Shown here: positions 61,955 to 64,000 of the stretch, in pieces
Numbering within the stretch: position 1 is the first letter of the stretch
How the letters are laid out: the number at the start of each line of letters is the position of its first letter
Source of the DNA: Lingula anatina
Lineage: Eukaryota; Animalia; Brachiopoda
Length of the DNA: 64,000 nucleotides
Reading direction: 5' to 3'
Assembly (NCBI GenBank): GCA_051362555.1
Contig: CM120646.1
Span: forward strand, 10,540,001 to 10,604,000
Notes under the pieces: model-generated
What the model was told of the DNA's origin: nothing
The model's database searches: none
The model's input: the letters and a program-made list of their open reading frames with translations, nothing else
Position numbers and translations under genes: made by a program

Positions 61955-62040
61955 TCACAGGAAGTTCACATTGCGCAATCGCAGTTGTGACATACCACAC
62001 GAGGTGCACATGCGTGTGACGTCACATCACTTCCTGGGAC
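61955..62040 (+). promoter_or_regulatory. Motif-dense promoter upstream of the Nrf1-like exon
   Basis: ETS CAGGAAGT ~61958, perfect C/EBP palindrome ATTGCGCAAT 61970-61979, XRE core TGCGTG 62011-62016, CRE TGACGTCA 62017-62024, ETS CACTTCCT 62028-62035. Confidence 0.5.
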
Positions 62041-62539
62041 TGGAGATCTGCTGAATCACTCTTTTTGTTTGTTTTGAAAAAAATCAAGAAAAAAGGACAC
62101 AGTTACATCTGATCAATAGTGTTTAAGTCTTATTATACAATCATTTGCTACGGTTGGTTATATCAGCGTAATTTTTGGACTGACAGCCCACGAGACGATT
62201 GAAAGAGAGAGAGGGTCTCATTCTCGTCTGCAAGACTTGGCTCCGAAAACGTGATGACTAGTAACATAGAACAATGAAGAATGTTCTAATAATCGCCTCC
62301 GCCTTTAAGGGTTTGTTTTGATCGGAAGGCATTCATTTACAGTTGATTATTACATACGAATAAGTCGAAATGGAGTAAGGTTGACAATGAGATTTTCCTT
62401 TGTTTGAGTGTTGCCTTTGTCTCTAAGGGACAGGACGGACCTTCTTCCTTTGTTTACATTTTTGAGGTGGAACATTCCCAGGCTAAGTGGACCTAGCATT
62501 TTTGTATAAACATACAGACTTGACAATAACATCATCAAT

Positions 62540-63085
62540 ATGTTGAAAAAAGTGTTTACAGACAGTTTGGTGCAGATAGCTATATTGCTCAGTTTATTGA
62601 GGATTGATTTGGATAGTTACCTGAACTCGGACTATGGTAATTATCCTGAAGTCCAGGAAATCATTCTTGGGAATAGCCTGGCATATACACAAACTCAGTT
62701 TCACAACATACCTTGGCAGCAAGGATATACAGTGGGACAATTCCACCCTAAAGGTTTATCAAATGATAATGATAATTTATTAAATTCTATTCTCAGTGAT
62801 CTCTATTCAGGCAATGACATTTATAATACATATAACACAATAATATCCGCTTACTTGGTTGATGTACAGCAGCCAAATTTAGGAGAAGAACAATCTCTGC
62901 AAAATGTTCCACAACAGGGTAGTGCACAAGGGTTACAAATTAATGGTTCAAATACACAAAATCAGACATCCCCTAACATTGATATTATCGAAACAGCACA
63001 AGCAACAACACATGGAGAACTTCAGGAGGGAGGTGCTGTGCAGTTAGACCTAGTAGGAACAACAGGAGATGAACTTTCCAAAGAG
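62540..63085 (+). CDS. NFE2L1: First coding exon of a CNC-bZIP factor, NFE2L1/Nrf1-like (ER-anchoring NHB1/NHB2); gene continues beyond the window
   Basis: MLKKVFTDSLVQIAILLSLLRIDLDSYL...QEIILGNSLAYTQTQFHN...HPK...SAYLV parallels human NRF1 LKKYLTEGLLQFTILLSL..VDVDTYL...EIILGPSSAYTQTQFHN...HPK...NAWLV. Donor after ELSKE (GAG|GTACAG). Confidence 0.85.
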
Positions 63086-63131
63086 GTACAGATATCTGGC
63101 ATATGTAATAAAATTTAAAAAATGGTGCAGG

Positions 63132-63164
<33 letters not shown>

Positions 63165-64000
63165 AAAAAGTATTACTTTTGTTTTATTTTCTGTTTTGCT
63201 TTCATTTTCCTTTTAGTACCTGTGAAGAATTACATTCTTTTTTTTCAGGAAAAGCATTTTCCAACAGGGTGCTCTTAGATTATTTAAGATGGTGTGTAGA
63301 TTCATCCTTCAAGTAATTGGCAAAAGCACAAAGTATGAGCTTTTTTGATATCTTTCCTGGCAAGCCTAGTGTAAACACTGTATTGTCAAGTAAATCAGTG
63401 TCTGATATTAAGTATTAAATCCAGAATTCATCTGCTTGTTTACGATACATAGGTGCCTTATACCAGTGGGCAAAGTATTTCAATGTAAAGTAGGTCTGCA
63501 GCATACTTTGTTTTCACTGATAATTCAAATTCAGAAGTGCACAATTTCATTCTTCTAATTATGCAGTTTAAGTTTTAATTCTGCTATAATCTGCAGGGTT
63601 CCAAGCATTTGCATAAGCTGTCAAGTCCTCATTAGAAAATTATCCACCTTTTCTACAATGAATAATGCCACAATTCACTTCAGTATTTTGTCAAGATCTT
63701 GTAGGCGTCAGGGTTACAAATTGCATCAAATGCAAAATGTTGTATTTCAAATTCTAAGCAACAGTTTGCAACTGAAATTTAGTATGTTAATTCTTTACTA
63801 GTATATGATATTATATCTATGTGCAAAATTTGAGAGCTTAAGCTGCCATTGGTTGTCTGCTAGCCCATACAAATTTGAAAATACAAGTAGGCTCCTTTTT
63901 GTCGATATCTTAAAGGGTGATTCTAAGTAAATTATTGGATCAAAACATAATGAATATCTGTAAGTAAAACACTTTGATTTAGCATAATAATTTGAGAACA

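Overview
AT-rich, intron-rich animal genomic DNA, most likely a marine lophotrochozoan such as a mollusc (inferred from the repeat types). The dominant feature is a complete, very young 10.9-kb Ty3/Gypsy LTR retrotransposon (1854-12742, minus strand, identical 279-bp LTRs, AATA target-site duplication). It sits ~330 bp inside intron 1 of the housekeeping gene NACA. Its architecture is unusual: Gag starts with a ComEA-type helix-hairpin-helix motif; Gag-Pol is joined by a UUUAAAC slippery site and pseudoknot; the integrase ends in a PHF8/PHF2-like PHD finger; the env position holds a 763-aa ORF (basic NLS-like patches, C2H2 finger, complete TATDN2-like TatD nuclease) behind its own splice acceptor; and the 3' UTR holds two tandem three-way-junction RNA modules. 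The rest of the window contains NACA (with two intronic C/D snoRNA-like copies), a nitrile-specifier-protein-5-like kelch gene, two tandem copies of an uncharacterised 7-exon secreted-protein gene, a Helentron-type repeat mosaic, cytosolic MARS1, the 5' end of an NFE2L1/Nrf1-like CNC gene with a candidate Nrf2-like alternative first exon, and many MITEs and degraded LINE/Tc1 fragments. All homology calls are motif recognition by eye; no searches were run.
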